From the IMG/VR virus record IMGVR_UViG_3300045988_160113, positions 32,001-96,000 of that record: 64,000 nucleotides of DNA; one strand, 5' to 3'. The notes under the pieces are model-generated. The model was not told the DNA's origin. It did not search any database and saw only the letters and a program-made list of their open reading frames with translations. A program made the translations under genes and the position numbers. Below, one piece after another: positions 48,771 to 56,772 of this stretch. The stretch's first letter is position 1, and each line of letters starts with the position of its first letter. The stretch comes from a virus.

Positions 48771-51344
48771 ATGGAAAGCACGATTGAACTTTCAGTTCTA
48801 AAAAAAGAAATCCATTTTGTAAAGAAAGACAGTCTCACAACTGGACAACAAAGAAACTCCATGAAAATATCTTTCAATGGAAAAGAATGGAATGGACTAA
48901 CTAAGTATGGTGTGTTCAAAGTTGAAGATACTGTCAAAGATGTCTTGATTGCTAACTCTGATATAGAGATACCTGCCGAAGTTTGCACCCTTGACAATCT
49001 TGGTAAAGTGGTTTATTTTGGTATCAAAGGAACTTATACAGAGACTATTAGTGGAACGGAAACGGAAACTGTTTATACTACTCCTTATTTTAGACTTGGA
49101 GTACTTGAACGTGGTACAGAAACTTCTGGAAGTATACCAGAATATCCAACACAAAATGCCATTGATGCGGCAATTGAAAATGCGCGTAGATGGGCAGTTG
49201 GCCCAAGTTCTACAGATAAAGTTCCTACCGATACCAATAATGCGAAATATTGGAGTGACCAAGCAAAAGTAAATGTTGAAAATGTAAATGAGTATGCTAA
49301 TAAAGCAAAGGCAGAAGCAGACCGCGCAGAAACTGCGGCAAATACCGCTGTAGAAAGTGTAAAAGGTTCTGTTGAAGCCGCTGCGAAGAGCGCCCAAGAA
49401 GCGGGACAATATGCTGAGAATGCTAAGACCGCTGTAAGAGAGTATCCTCGTATTGATAGTCATGGTCACTGGGAAAGATACGACCCTGAGAGTGGTAAAT
49501 GGGTTGATACTGGCGCACTAGCAGAGTTCAAGATTAGGAAAACATATAGTACTATTGCTGAAATGAATGAACATTGGAGTGATAGTGATGTTTTTGTAAA
49601 TGATTTTGTAATGATTGCTGGTGAAGTTGAACCGGATAATGGCCAACTGTATGTCAAACTTGCTGATAGTAATGCTAAATATCAGTATATTGGTGACCTT
49701 AGTGGCGCTCAAGGTATCAAGGGTGAGAGTGCTTATGATATTGCAGTAGCGAAAAAGCAGTATGAAGGCACAGAAGATGATTTTGCGAAGTTCTTGGGAG
49801 AAGCAGTAAATAATGAACCTAAGAGACAAGAAGCAGAGACTGCTCGCAATAATGCCGAAAAAAATCGTAATGATGCTGAGTCTCTTCGCGCGCAGAATGA
49901 AACGCAACGAAAGACTGATGAATCTACTCGTCTATCAAATGAGACTGCGCGCATAGCAAATGAAAAAACTCGCGGTGAAAATGAAGATAGTAGAAAAGCA
50001 AATGAAGCAGACCGTGTAGAAAAAGAGACTGCTCGTGTCAATGCGGAAAAAAATCGTAATGATGCTGAGTCTCTTCGTGTGCAGAATGAAACACAACGAA
50101 AGACTGATGAAACTACTCGTTCTACAAATGAGACTGCCCGTGGTAATGCTGAGAAAGCTCGTAACGAAGCAGAAACTGCTCGTAATAATGCTGAATCTTC
50201 TCGCGCGACTGCCGAAACGAATCGTGATAAAGCAGAGATTACTCGCGCGCAAAACGAAGAAAAGCGAGTCAATGCTGAGTCTTCTCGTGTGACTGCTGAA
50301 GGAACTCGCGCGACCAATGAACAAACACGAATTGACACAGAAAAAGCTCGCAATGAAGCAGAGAGTAAGCGTGTGATTGCTGAAACTTCTCGTATTGAAT
50401 ATGAGAAAACGCGCGAATCAAATGAAAGTGCACGTGCAAAAGCAGAAATTTCACGTGCGAATGCTGAAACTAACCGTAATAATGCTGAGACTGCTCGTAA
50501 CAAAGCAGAAACCGCCCGTGATTCTGCCGAGTCTCTCCGCGCGCAGAATGAAATTCAACGTCAGTCAAATGAGACTGCGCGCGAAATATGGGAAGACTAT
50601 AACCAAGATAAAACTTATTACAAGGGAAATAAGGTAAGTCTCAATGGTAATAGTTATGTTTGTGTAGTCGAATCTACTACCAATCATCCTGGTCAATCTA
50701 ATGATTGGTTACTTATTGCTCAAAAGGGCGATGGACTAGTAATCAAAGATAAATATACTACAATTGAGGAACTTCGCGCGGCTAATCCTAATCATACTTA
50801 TACTTACCAAGTTGAGCAACCTAATGGTGAACTTTATATTTACTCTGATATTGCCGGTGATTGGGTATCTATTGGTGCTATCCAAGGACCGAAAGGTGAA
50901 ACTGGTGATAAGGGCGATAAAGGCGACCAAGGCATTCAAGGCAAGAAAGGTGATAAAGGTGATGCCTTTACTTATGCTGATTTTACTCCTGACCAACTCG
51001 CGGCGCTCAAGGGAGAAAAAGGTGATAAAGGTGACGCTTTTACTTATAATGACTTTACTCCTGAGCAACTTGCTTCTTTGAAAGGCGAAAAAGGCGACAA
51101 GGGTGACCCTGGTTCTTATACTGCTGGTACTGGTATTAAAATTGCCAATGGTGTTATTAGTGCGACCGCGGAAGTATATAAAGCGGGCGACGGCATTAGT
51201 ATCACTAATGGATTGATTAGTGCTTTACTTGGGGCTGGCCTCAAATTTGATACTGATAAAAAAATTACTCTTGATGAAACTACTTTTACGGAATATACAG
51301 ATGATGAAATTACCTCGATTTATAATTCTGTTGAAATTTCTTGA
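48771..51344 (+). CDS. Tail fibre/baseplate protein with ExxRxxx heptad array, CBM5/12-like segment and collagen-like G-X-Y repeats
   Basis: About 37 consecutive heptads (ETARNNA EKNRNDA ESLRAQN …), YKGNKVSLNGNSYVCVVESTTNHPGQSNDWLLI, and GPKGETGDKGDKGDQGIQGKKGDKGD plus two KGEKGDKGD blocks. Confidence 0.7.
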   Translation: MESTIELSVLKKEIHFVKKDSLTTGQQRNSMKISFNGKEWNGLTKYGVFKVEDTVKDVLIANSDIEIPAEVCTLDNLGKVVYFGIKGTYTETISGTETETVYTTPYFRLGVLERGTETSGSIPEYPTQNAIDAAIENARRWAVGPSSTDKVPTDTNNAKYWSDQAKVNVENVNEYANKAKAEADRAETAANTAVESVKGSVEAAAKSAQEAGQYAENAKTAVREYPRIDSHGHWERYDPESGKWVDTGALAEFKIRKTYSTIAEMNEHWSDSDVFVNDFVMIAGEVEPDNGQLYVKLADSNAKYQYIGDLSGAQGIKGESAYDIAVAKKQYEGTEDDFAKFLGEAVNNEPKRQEAETARNNAEKNRNDAESLRAQNETQRKTDESTRLSNETARIANEKTRGENEDSRKANEADRVEKETARVNAEKNRNDAESLRVQNETQRKTDETTRSTNETARGNAEKARNEAETARNNAESSRATAETNRDKAEITRAQNEEKRVNAESSRVTAEGTRATNEQTRIDTEKARNEAESKRVIAETSRIEYEKTRESNESARAKAEISRANAETNRNNAETARNKAETARDSAESLRAQNEIQRQSNETAREIWEDYNQDKTYYKGNKVSLNGNSYVCVVESTTNHPGQSNDWLLIAQKGDGLVIKDKYTTIEELRAANPNHTYTYQVEQPNGELYIYSDIAGDWVSIGAIQGPKGETGDKGDKGDQGIQGKKGDKGDAFTYADFTPDQLAALKGEKGDKGDAFTYNDFTPEQLASLKGEKGDKGDPGSYTAGTGIKIANGVISATAEVYKAGDGISITNGLISALLGAGLKFDTDKKITLDETTFTEYTDDEITSIYNSVEIS
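49836..50592 (+). repeat. 21-nt (heptad ExxRxxx) tandem repeat array, with a longer ~80-nt near-identical duplication (about 49852 and 50041)
   Basis: Read directly from the translation and DNA. It also generates a long spurious antisense ORF (49733-50503). Confidence 0.85.
50886..51113 (+). repeat. Collagen-like G-X-Y triplet repeats interleaved with a duplicated AFTY(A/N)DFTP(D/E)QLA(A/S)LKGEKGDKGD unit
   Basis: Read directly from the translation. Confidence 0.8.
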
Positions 51345-51426
51345 CCATGAAGTTCTGAAAATTTTATATCTTACATTTTATTTTCCTACTTTAGAAATGG
51401 AATGAATTTGATAAGGAGGTAAGTGT

Positions 51427-51699
51427 ATGGCTCATATCCTGAGAAAAATTGGAAATGCTTCTAATGTATCTGTTTATAGATATGAAGCAGATACTGAAGC
51501 AGATATGCGCGCCATTGATGTCTCTATGGCTCCGATGGGCAGTCGCTGTTATATTATTGACACTGGTGATACTTATGCTCTAAACAGCAAAAAGGAATGG
51601 AAATCTGTTCCGAAAGGTTCTGGTGGCGATATTATCTATGATGGTGGCTCAGACAGTGGTTCTTCCGGTGACATTATTTACGATGGCGGTACTACGTGA
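51427..51699 (+). CDS. Hypothetical small structural protein (90 aa) ending in a duplicated GDIIYDGG motif
   Basis: AAGGAGG SD and its position in the fibre gene array. Confidence 0.55.
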   Translation: MAHILRKIGNASNVSVYRYEADTEADMRAIDVSMAPMGSRCYIIDTGDTYALNSKKEWKSVPKGSGGDIIYDGGSDSGSSGDIIYDGGTT

Positions 51700-51709
51700 G
51701 GTGAAATAA

Positions 51710-52057
51710 ATGGCGCAAGTTATCAAGACTACGTTTAAGTTCCGTCGTAATACAGCAGAATATTGGAAGAATACAAATCCAGTTCTTGCTGACGGCGAAC
51801 CTTGTTTTGAACTTGATACTGGTAAACTAAAAATTGGTAATGGCACTACTGCGTATAATGATTTGAAGTATATCAATGGTGATTCAGTTCAAATTGAAGT
51901 TGCTACAAAGGATATTATTGGCGCAGTTTTGAGTTCTGATGAAAAGAATCAAGTTTCTGTTGATGAAAGCGGTCACATGGAAGTCAATGAAATTGGAGTT
52001 GAAAAACTAAGTGATACTGTTGGTGTTACTTTAGTTATTGATGGTGGTTCTTTTTGA
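51710..52057 (+). CDS. Fibre-associated protein with Mtd-N/hyaluronidase-N-like N-terminal domain
   Basis: TTFKFRRNTAEYWKNTNPVLADGEPCFELDTGKLKIGNGTTAYNDLKYI. Confidence 0.55.
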   Translation: MAQVIKTTFKFRRNTAEYWKNTNPVLADGEPCFELDTGKLKIGNGTTAYNDLKYINGDSVQIEVATKDIIGAVLSSDEKNQVSVDESGHMEVNEIGVEKLSDTVGVTLVIDGGSF

Positions 52058-52081
52058 AATAACTAAATAGGAGGGAGACTA

Positions 52082-53194
52082 ATGGATAAGAAAGTTTTGA
52101 CCACTACGATTCAGTTGCGCCGTGCGACTGAGGTACAGTGGGAAGCTATCAAAGATAGTTTCATTCCTGCCGTGGGTGAACCTTGTGTTACTCTTGATGG
52201 TGATAATGCTGGCCAATTAAAAATTGGTGATGGTGTTACTCCTTGGGGTGAACTAAAATATTCTGGTGTTCATCTTGATGTACTCAAGATATATGGTGAT
52301 TCCGTAGAAGATACTTCTATGTTTATTGACGGTGTAAAGTATGATACTGCCGCAGAAGCAATCAATGCTGTTCCTGATGGTGGCACTGTCAAAATGACTG
52401 GCGGTCTCGGTGCAGATGAAATTATCAATGTAGAAAAAAAACTCACTCTCGATATGAATAGTGCGGTTATTGTTGATAATAATAAATGTCCTATGGAAAT
52501 TAGCACTAGTGGTGAACTTACTTTGTCTGGTAATGGTAGTGTTGAGTGTAATAAGAACGCTGAACCTGCTATTAATAACTGCGGCAAGATGATTATTGAA
52601 AATGGTAATTATACTCGTAAGGTTGATGAAAAGAATGATACTTTCTATACTATTCTAAATCATGGTGATACCGTTATTAACAATGGTATTTTTCAAGCAC
52701 CTGGTAATGTATCAAGTATGATTGAGAATGGTTATTGGGATTATAATTCTACCGACCCTAAGTATGGTCATGTTGTTGGAAAGAATGCTGAGACTTGTAT
52801 ATTGACTATCAATGATGGTACTTTTATCAATGCTTTTTATGTCATCAAGAATGATGATAATGGTATTGTAAACATCAATAGTGGTAAGTTCTATGGTACT
52901 ATTTTCCACAATGGTATTGAGATGACCATCAATAATGGATATTTTGAAGTTAGTGATGGAACTTACAATATTGGTCTAAGAAAGTTGAATGACAATATGA
53001 ATGCTGGTAAAACCACTATCAATGGTGGTACTTATATTTCTAATGGTACATCTAATTTCAAAATCAATGATGGCGAACCTGAAGTAATTATCAAAGGTGG
53101 TAAATTCAATAAAGAAGTTCCCGCCAGATTTATCGCTGAAGGATATAAGCAGAGTCTTGTCGATGGTTATTATGTTATAACCAAATCTGAGTAA
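52082..53194 (+). CDS. Receptor-binding/depolymerase-like protein: Mtd-N-like N-terminus plus probable beta-helix
   Basis: TTIQLRRATEVQWEAIKDSFIPAVGEPCVTLDGDNAGQLKIGDGVTPWGELKY, followed by an Asn/Gly-rich repetitive beta-type sequence. Confidence 0.5.
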   Translation: MDKKVLTTTIQLRRATEVQWEAIKDSFIPAVGEPCVTLDGDNAGQLKIGDGVTPWGELKYSGVHLDVLKIYGDSVEDTSMFIDGVKYDTAAEAINAVPDGGTVKMTGGLGADEIINVEKKLTLDMNSAVIVDNNKCPMEISTSGELTLSGNGSVECNKNAEPAINNCGKMIIENGNYTRKVDEKNDTFYTILNHGDTVINNGIFQAPGNVSSMIENGYWDYNSTDPKYGHVVGKNAETCILTINDGTFINAFYVIKNDDNGIVNINSGKFYGTIFHNGIEMTINNGYFEVSDGTYNIGLRKLNDNMNAGKTTINGGTYISNGTSNFKINDGEPEVIIKGGKFNKEVPARFIAEGYKQSLVDGYYVITKSE

Positions 53195-53207
53195 GGAGGA
53201 ATGAGTT

Positions 53208-53579
53208 ATGTTCAATATTGCTTATGCTAATAAAGATAAAATTCAAAATAGTATTGCTCAAGGCGTCATTCCTGCTGAAAGTTTGATTATTACCAATAAT
53301 GAGGAAGGTAAGGCTGAACTCAGTTACTATGATGAAAATGGCAATTTAAAGAGTATTGTTAAGAAAACTCAGTTTGAAAGTGAAGCAGAAGCTCGTCTTT
53401 GGACTGCTAAATATAATTATACTGGTGAGAATATTAGTGTCTACGATGCTAAAAGCGGCCAATGGAATAGTTATATTGTTAGTGTTGGTGGCGATATCAA
53501 TAAGATTGCTAAAGCCGAAGATGTTGAGTCTTTCATGGAAGACTTGATTATTGATGGCGGCGGTGCTCCTCTAAAGTAA
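53208..53579 (+). CDS. Hypothetical small structural protein (123 aa), C-terminal IIDGG motif
   Basis: GGAGGA SD and its position in the fibre array. Confidence 0.55.
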   Translation: MFNIAYANKDKIQNSIAQGVIPAESLIITNNEEGKAELSYYDENGNLKSIVKKTQFESEAEARLWTAKYNYTGENISVYDAKSGQWNSYIVSVGGDINKIAKAEDVESFMEDLIIDGGGAPLK

Positions 53580-53595
53580 AGGAGGAGTGAATATT

Positions 53596-54111
53596 GTGGC
53601 AAAATTAATCAATACTACTATCAAACTGAGAAGGGATAATGATTATAACTACAGTAAAGTAGCAGATAGTTTTATCCCCATGAAAGGCGAGCCAGTACTT
53701 GTAGATACTGAACAATATGGACTTAGATTCAAAATTGGTGACGGTGTCACTTCTTATGGTGCGCTTGCTTATGCTGATGATAATAATAATGTAGTTTTAC
53801 TTGGTTATTATCTGAATAGTAAATTTTATATTGATAGCACTTATACAGTTGAATTAGAAAAAAATGAAAATAAACTGTATATTGATAAGAATACTTATAC
53901 AGTATATATTTGGGATAAAGAGAATTATATTCCACTTAGTCCCGAAGCTACTGAAACTGTTGCGGGCATGATGAAACTTTATCAAACTTCTGGTAATAAT
54001 ACTGATGGTACTATGAGCCAGAAAGCTATTACTGAAGGCGTAAATGCTATCAAATTTGAATTAGATGGGCAAGATAAAGAGTGTCTTGTTCTTGACCTCC
54101 CTTGGGACTAA
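53596..54111 (+). CDS. Fibre-associated protein with Mtd-N-like N-terminal domain
   Basis: NTTIKLRRDNDYNYSKVADSFIPMKGEPVLVDTEQYGLRFKIGDGVTSYGALAY. The GTG at 53596 (8 nt after GGAGGA) is preferred over the GTG at 53587. Confidence 0.5.
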   Translation: MAKLINTTIKLRRDNDYNYSKVADSFIPMKGEPVLVDTEQYGLRFKIGDGVTSYGALAYADDNNNVVLLGYYLNSKFYIDSTYTVELEKNENKLYIDKNTYTVYIWDKENYIPLSPEATETVAGMMKLYQTSGNNTDGTMSQKAITEGVNAIKFELDGQDKECLVLDLPWD

Positions 54112-54174
54112 GGGAGTAAATTGATACAAATATGGAAAACCACATTGTAAATAAAATTGAAAGGAGATTTTATT

Positions 54175-55845
54175 ATGGCTGATATTTCTAAAATCAAGCT
54201 TGCTAACGGCACAACTGTTACTTTGAAAGATGTTCAAGGTCGCACTGATATGACTACTCTTCTTGGTAAACATGCTCTTGAATCTCTTGGTGCTGCCGCT
54301 TGGAAGGCAGTTGCCACTGAAATTTCTGGTGAAGGCCTTGTTGATGCTTCTGTTGTTAAGGCCTATGTTGATTCTCAAGTTGGGCAAATTCATAGTTTTG
54401 ATGTTGTAATTGATGCCGATGGTGGAGCTACTGGTCCTTCTGTGGCTGCTTCTAAAGACACTATGTATAAGATTTACATGGTTGCTGATGCTCAAGCTTC
54501 TGCTGGTACTTATATTGAGTGGATTACTATTCGTTCTGGGGTTAAAGACCCTTATACCTATGCTTGGGAAAAAATTGGTTCCACCAAGACTGACCTTAGT
54601 GGTTATATTTCTAATACTATTACCATTGCTGGTATTCGACTTAACAGAGATATTTCTGTCTCTGACCTTCAGAAAGCTCTTACTCTTGGTTCTATGGCCT
54701 ATGCTGATAAAGCTTCTGGTTCTGGCTCCGTTGAGACTGTTGATAGTATTACCATGAAAGAAGTCACTGTTGCTGGTAATGCTGCTGTTACTTTCAAGGC
54801 TGCTGATGCTACTCTCACTAAGGCTAATTATACCCCTGCTGGTAAGGTTACTGGTTCTGCCATTTCTGGAGGTTCTATTGCTGTTACTTTGAAGGATTCT
54901 GCTACTAAGACTGCGGCCACTCTTAGCACCTCTGAGTTCACTCCTGCTGGTACTATCGCCGCCAAGGAGGGTGGTTCCTTCTCTGCTTTGAAGTCTGCCG
55001 CTTTCGGCGCTTCTGAAGATGGTGTTCAGATTGAGGGTACTGTCAGTGCTCCTGCAATTTCTCTTACCGCTGCTGACAAGACTTTTGCTACTGGTTTGAC
55101 TGGTGGTAGTAAGGCTTCCTTTACTGAGGGCGCTTTTACTCCTGCCGCAATTCAGGATGGTTTTTATACTGCTGGTAAGGCCGCTACTTGGACTGGTGCT
55201 GATTATACCGCTCCCAGTATGGGTGAGGCTTCCAAAGCAAAGTTTGCTTCTGAGGGTATTGTCGCCAGTCTTGATGCTGAAGATGCTGAATGCCTAGTAT
55301 TTACCACTGCTGGTACTGCTGATGCTGTTACTGCTCAGGGCGCCTTCAATGCTGGTAATGTTAACTTTGGTACTTTCAATGGTGGTTCTGCTACCGTTAT
55401 CGATACTACTAAGTTCTCTGGTGGTTCTAAGGATGCTGATACTTTCGTTGCTAATGAACTTCAGACTGCTACTACTGGCAAGGTAAGTGAAGTTTCTGCC
55501 GCCGCTCTTGCTAATGCTCCTGTATTCACCGGTGAGAAGTATGCTATTGCTACTACTACTGATACCGCTCTCAAGGATGTCGCCTTTACTGCTACCAATA
55601 GTGCTACTATTGTTGATAAAGTTGAGTATGTCAAGCCTGAAATTGATGCTGCTACCTTTACTGGTACTGCTGCTACTCTTGGCTTTACTGGTACTGAGGT
55701 TGAGAATGCTCTTGTTACTAGCGTTAGTTATGATAAGGCCGATACCATTGCCGCATTTAGTGTTGCTGTTACTCCTGAGACCGATATTATCAAGAAGACT
55801 GCTAAAACTGTTGAGGTTGAAGTTTCTCCTGTCGCTAAGCAGTAA
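54175..55845 (+). CDS. Ala/Thr/Gly/Ser-rich fibre-like structural protein
   Basis: The ATG at 54175 lies 8 nt after AAGGAG. It has an N-terminal MADISKIKLANGTTVTLKD motif and a low-complexity beta-type sequence. Confidence 0.55.
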   Translation: MADISKIKLANGTTVTLKDVQGRTDMTTLLGKHALESLGAAAWKAVATEISGEGLVDASVVKAYVDSQVGQIHSFDVVIDADGGATGPSVAASKDTMYKIYMVADAQASAGTYIEWITIRSGVKDPYTYAWEKIGSTKTDLSGYISNTITIAGIRLNRDISVSDLQKALTLGSMAYADKASGSGSVETVDSITMKEVTVAGNAAVTFKAADATLTKANYTPAGKVTGSAISGGSIAVTLKDSATKTAATLSTSEFTPAGTIAAKEGGSFSALKSAAFGASEDGVQIEGTVSAPAISLTAADKTFATGLTGGSKASFTEGAFTPAAIQDGFYTAGKAATWTGADYTAPSMGEASKAKFASEGIVASLDAEDAECLVFTTAGTADAVTAQGAFNAGNVNFGTFNGGSATVIDTTKFSGGSKDADTFVANELQTATTGKVSEVSAAALANAPVFTGEKYAIATTTDTALKDVAFTATNSATIVDKVEYVKPEIDAATFTGTAATLGFTGTEVENALVTSVSYDKADTIAAFSVAVTPETDIIKKTAKTVEVEVSPVAKQ

Positions 55846-55848
55846 TAA

Positions 55849-55953
55849 ATGGCTGAAATTTCTAAAATCAAATTGCCAGACAATACCGAGTACAACCTAA
55901 AGGACGAAGAACTTCGTACTATGTTGGAAATTTTGTTGGGTAATAAAAATTGA
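55849..55953 (+). CDS. Short ORF (34 aa) resembling the N-terminus of the preceding fibre gene, possibly a remnant
   Basis: MAEISKIKLPDNTEYNLKDEEL… compared with MADISKIKLANGTTVTLKD. No obvious SD. Confidence 0.3.
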   Translation: MAEISKIKLPDNTEYNLKDEELRTMLEILLGNKN

Positions 55954-56032
55954 TAGAGATATGGAACGGGGAGACTCCGGTTTCTCCGTTCCTACTTTAG
56001 AATAGAAACAAAGTGCTTCAAGGAGGGGTAAA

Positions 56033-56221
56033 ATGGCAAAGATAAAGACAATCAAACTTCCCAATGATACCTCTGCGCGCGAAGTATATGATGTTGGCGC
56101 AGTCAGATTTGATGAAAAAGGTAATCTGACAGAAGCACAAAAAACTATCGCGCGTGCTAATGTTGGCGTAGAAGAGTATACTGCCGACGAGATTGAGAAT
56201 ATTTGGAATAGTACAACGTAA
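56033..56221 (+). CDS. Short fibre-related protein (62 aa)
   Basis: AAGGAGGGG SD. N-terminal MAKIKTIKLPNDT and a C-terminal EEYTADEIENIWNS tag shared with two other genes. Confidence 0.5.
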   Translation: MAKIKTIKLPNDTSAREVYDVGAVRFDEKGNLTEAQKTIARANVGVEEYTADEIENIWNSTT

Positions 56222-56228
56222 GTAAATA

Positions 56229-56252
56229 GGGTGGGAGTAAATACTCCCACCT
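56229..56252 (+). terminator. Rho-independent terminator
   Basis: GGGTGGGAGT-aaat-ACTCCCACC followed by a T/A-rich tract. Confidence 0.6.
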
Positions 56253-56262
56253 TAGTAAAAAT

Positions 56263-56291
56263 TTGACGTGGAAAGTAATTTGTGGTATAAT
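56263..56291 (+). promoter_or_regulatory. Consensus promoter upstream of the DGR target operon
   Basis: TTGACG (56263-56268), 17 nt spacer, TATAAT (56286-56291). Confidence 0.6.
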
Positions 56292-56555
56292 TATTATAGT
56301 GGATAAGAAATCTGCCTGGCTTGGAATGATAGTCAGTATAGCCCTTGAAAGTGATAGGGAGAAGAAGTTGACGGACGCTGAGCCAGTGGGTGAAGTGTCT
56401 GTTTTTTTATGTATATATTATATTCTGCGCACTTGTGAATTTTTTATAAAAGAAGATAGTGATTTTTATAGATTTTATACAAGGCCACGCGTAAGGATAG
56501 AAAGAATATAAATTGGCCTGCGCGAAAAGTGTAAGAGATAATAAAGGAGGTACAA

Positions 56556-56768
56556 ATGAGTAAGAATGTGAATGCTTGTAAAAGCGACAATACTGAAAAC
56601 TGGAATAAGGCAGTAAATTTTGTGCCTTCAAAGGGAGAAGTAATTATTTACTCTGATGTTGAACAGATGAAAGTCGGTGATGGAGTAAATAGTGTTGTCA
56701 ATTTGCCATTTAAGGACAGAGAATATGAGGATAAGGAAATTGAAGAGATTTATAATTCTGTGAGGTGA
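56556..56768 (+). CDS. Short protein with degenerate Mtd-N-like motif and C-terminal EIEEIYNS tag
   Basis: AAGGAGG SD. …NWNKAVNFVPSKGEVIIYSDVEQMKVGDGVNSVVNLPF… and …REYEDKEIEEIYNSVR. Confidence 0.55.
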   Translation: MSKNVNACKSDNTENWNKAVNFVPSKGEVIIYSDVEQMKVGDGVNSVVNLPFKDREYEDKEIEEIYNSVR

Positions 56769-56772
56769 AAGT

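Noticed and set aside
49733-50503. Long antisense ORF (256 aa, Ser/Arg/Ala/Phe-rich), plus other overlapping ORFs (49518-49907, 49935-50324, 50035-50292, 50377-50637) inside the fibre gene.
   Set aside because: They are by-products of the 21-nt heptad repeat array, which keeps several frames open. They have no SD or promoter, and the sense frame encodes a coherent fibre protein.
54410-55900. Leu-rich alternative-frame ORFs (54410-54757, 55103-55297, 55487-55900) inside the Ala/Thr-rich fibre gene.
   Set aside because: They are off-frame translations of GCT/ACT-rich coding sequence and have no translation signals.
56263-56511. The 82-aa ORF filling the gap upstream of the DGR operon.
   Set aside because: It has a non-ATG start located inside the promoter -35 box, no SD, and a low-complexity unconvincing sequence. 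The region is better explained as a leader or non-coding RNA.
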